A stretch of 64,000 nt of DNA. Source: Takakia lepidozioides (Eukaryota; Plantae; Bryophyta). Of this stretch, positions 63,648 through 64,000 are shown in pieces. The translations under genes were made by a program, and so were the position numbers. Position 1 is the first letter of the stretch, and each line of letters opens with the position of its first letter. The stretch is taken from the NCBI GenBank assembly GCA_030704615.1, contig CM060732.1, positions 5,580,001-5,644,000 on the forward strand, in the 5' to 3' direction. The notes beneath the pieces are model-generated. The model did not search any database, was not told where the DNA came from, and saw only the letters and a list, made by a program, of their open reading frames with translations.

Positions 63648-64000
63648 GTACATTTTCTTCTACGCCTCAGTTTATGAGAAGAGATCAAAAGTTTTCTTTC
63701 CACGATCTCTCCTTCTGTGTGTGCTCCCAATGCTGCAGGTCTTGCTTTGCTTCTGTTGAAGCCCAGAGAGAGGGAGGGAACAAGGAATTCATCTTCCCTG
63801 GGGGAGATCTGGAAGCCATAGTTTCAGTAATCAGGGGCAAGCCTTGGGCACAGCGTGACTGTCAAACATCTGTATGTCCCCTCTCAAAGTCATACTGCAG
63901 AGCATGGCCTTCTGGGCATCTAGGGTGGGCAGGTGGCATGATATCATGTTTGAAGATCATGTAGCTGATATACCGTGTTTGTGTTTGTCTGCTAATCTTT

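Overview
Eukaryotic, intron-containing plant DNA, most likely from a non-seed land plant (inferred from PLS-type PPR debris and the TE families present). It has two apparently intact host genes: a KDM3/JMJD1-family JmjC histone demethylase (minus strand, ~27.2-35.4 kb) and a class-3/diacylglycerol-lipase-like gene (plus strand, from 61.2 kb, running off the window). The rest is mostly transposon-derived: a Plavaka-like transposase, PPR+OSB-PDF pseudogene fragments, two Ty3/Gypsy remnants, LINE 3' ends inside a KDM3 intron, and two related GCM-like/MULE-DDE transposases. The most striking structure is a decayed large DNA transposon (~37.7-49.1 kb). In it, a Mutator-like transposase is divergently paired with an intron-containing cargo gene whose exons encode a ParB/Srx-like domain and a prokaryote-style beta-class (N4C/N6A) DNA methyltransferase fold. 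The two genes are separated by arrays of a 30-bp GGCGCC-centred palindrome. An internally deleted inverted copy at 10.15-13.23 kb keeps only the palindrome arrays (53-bp period, giant fold-back) and one terminus. All family calls come from motif recognition by eye; no database searches were run.
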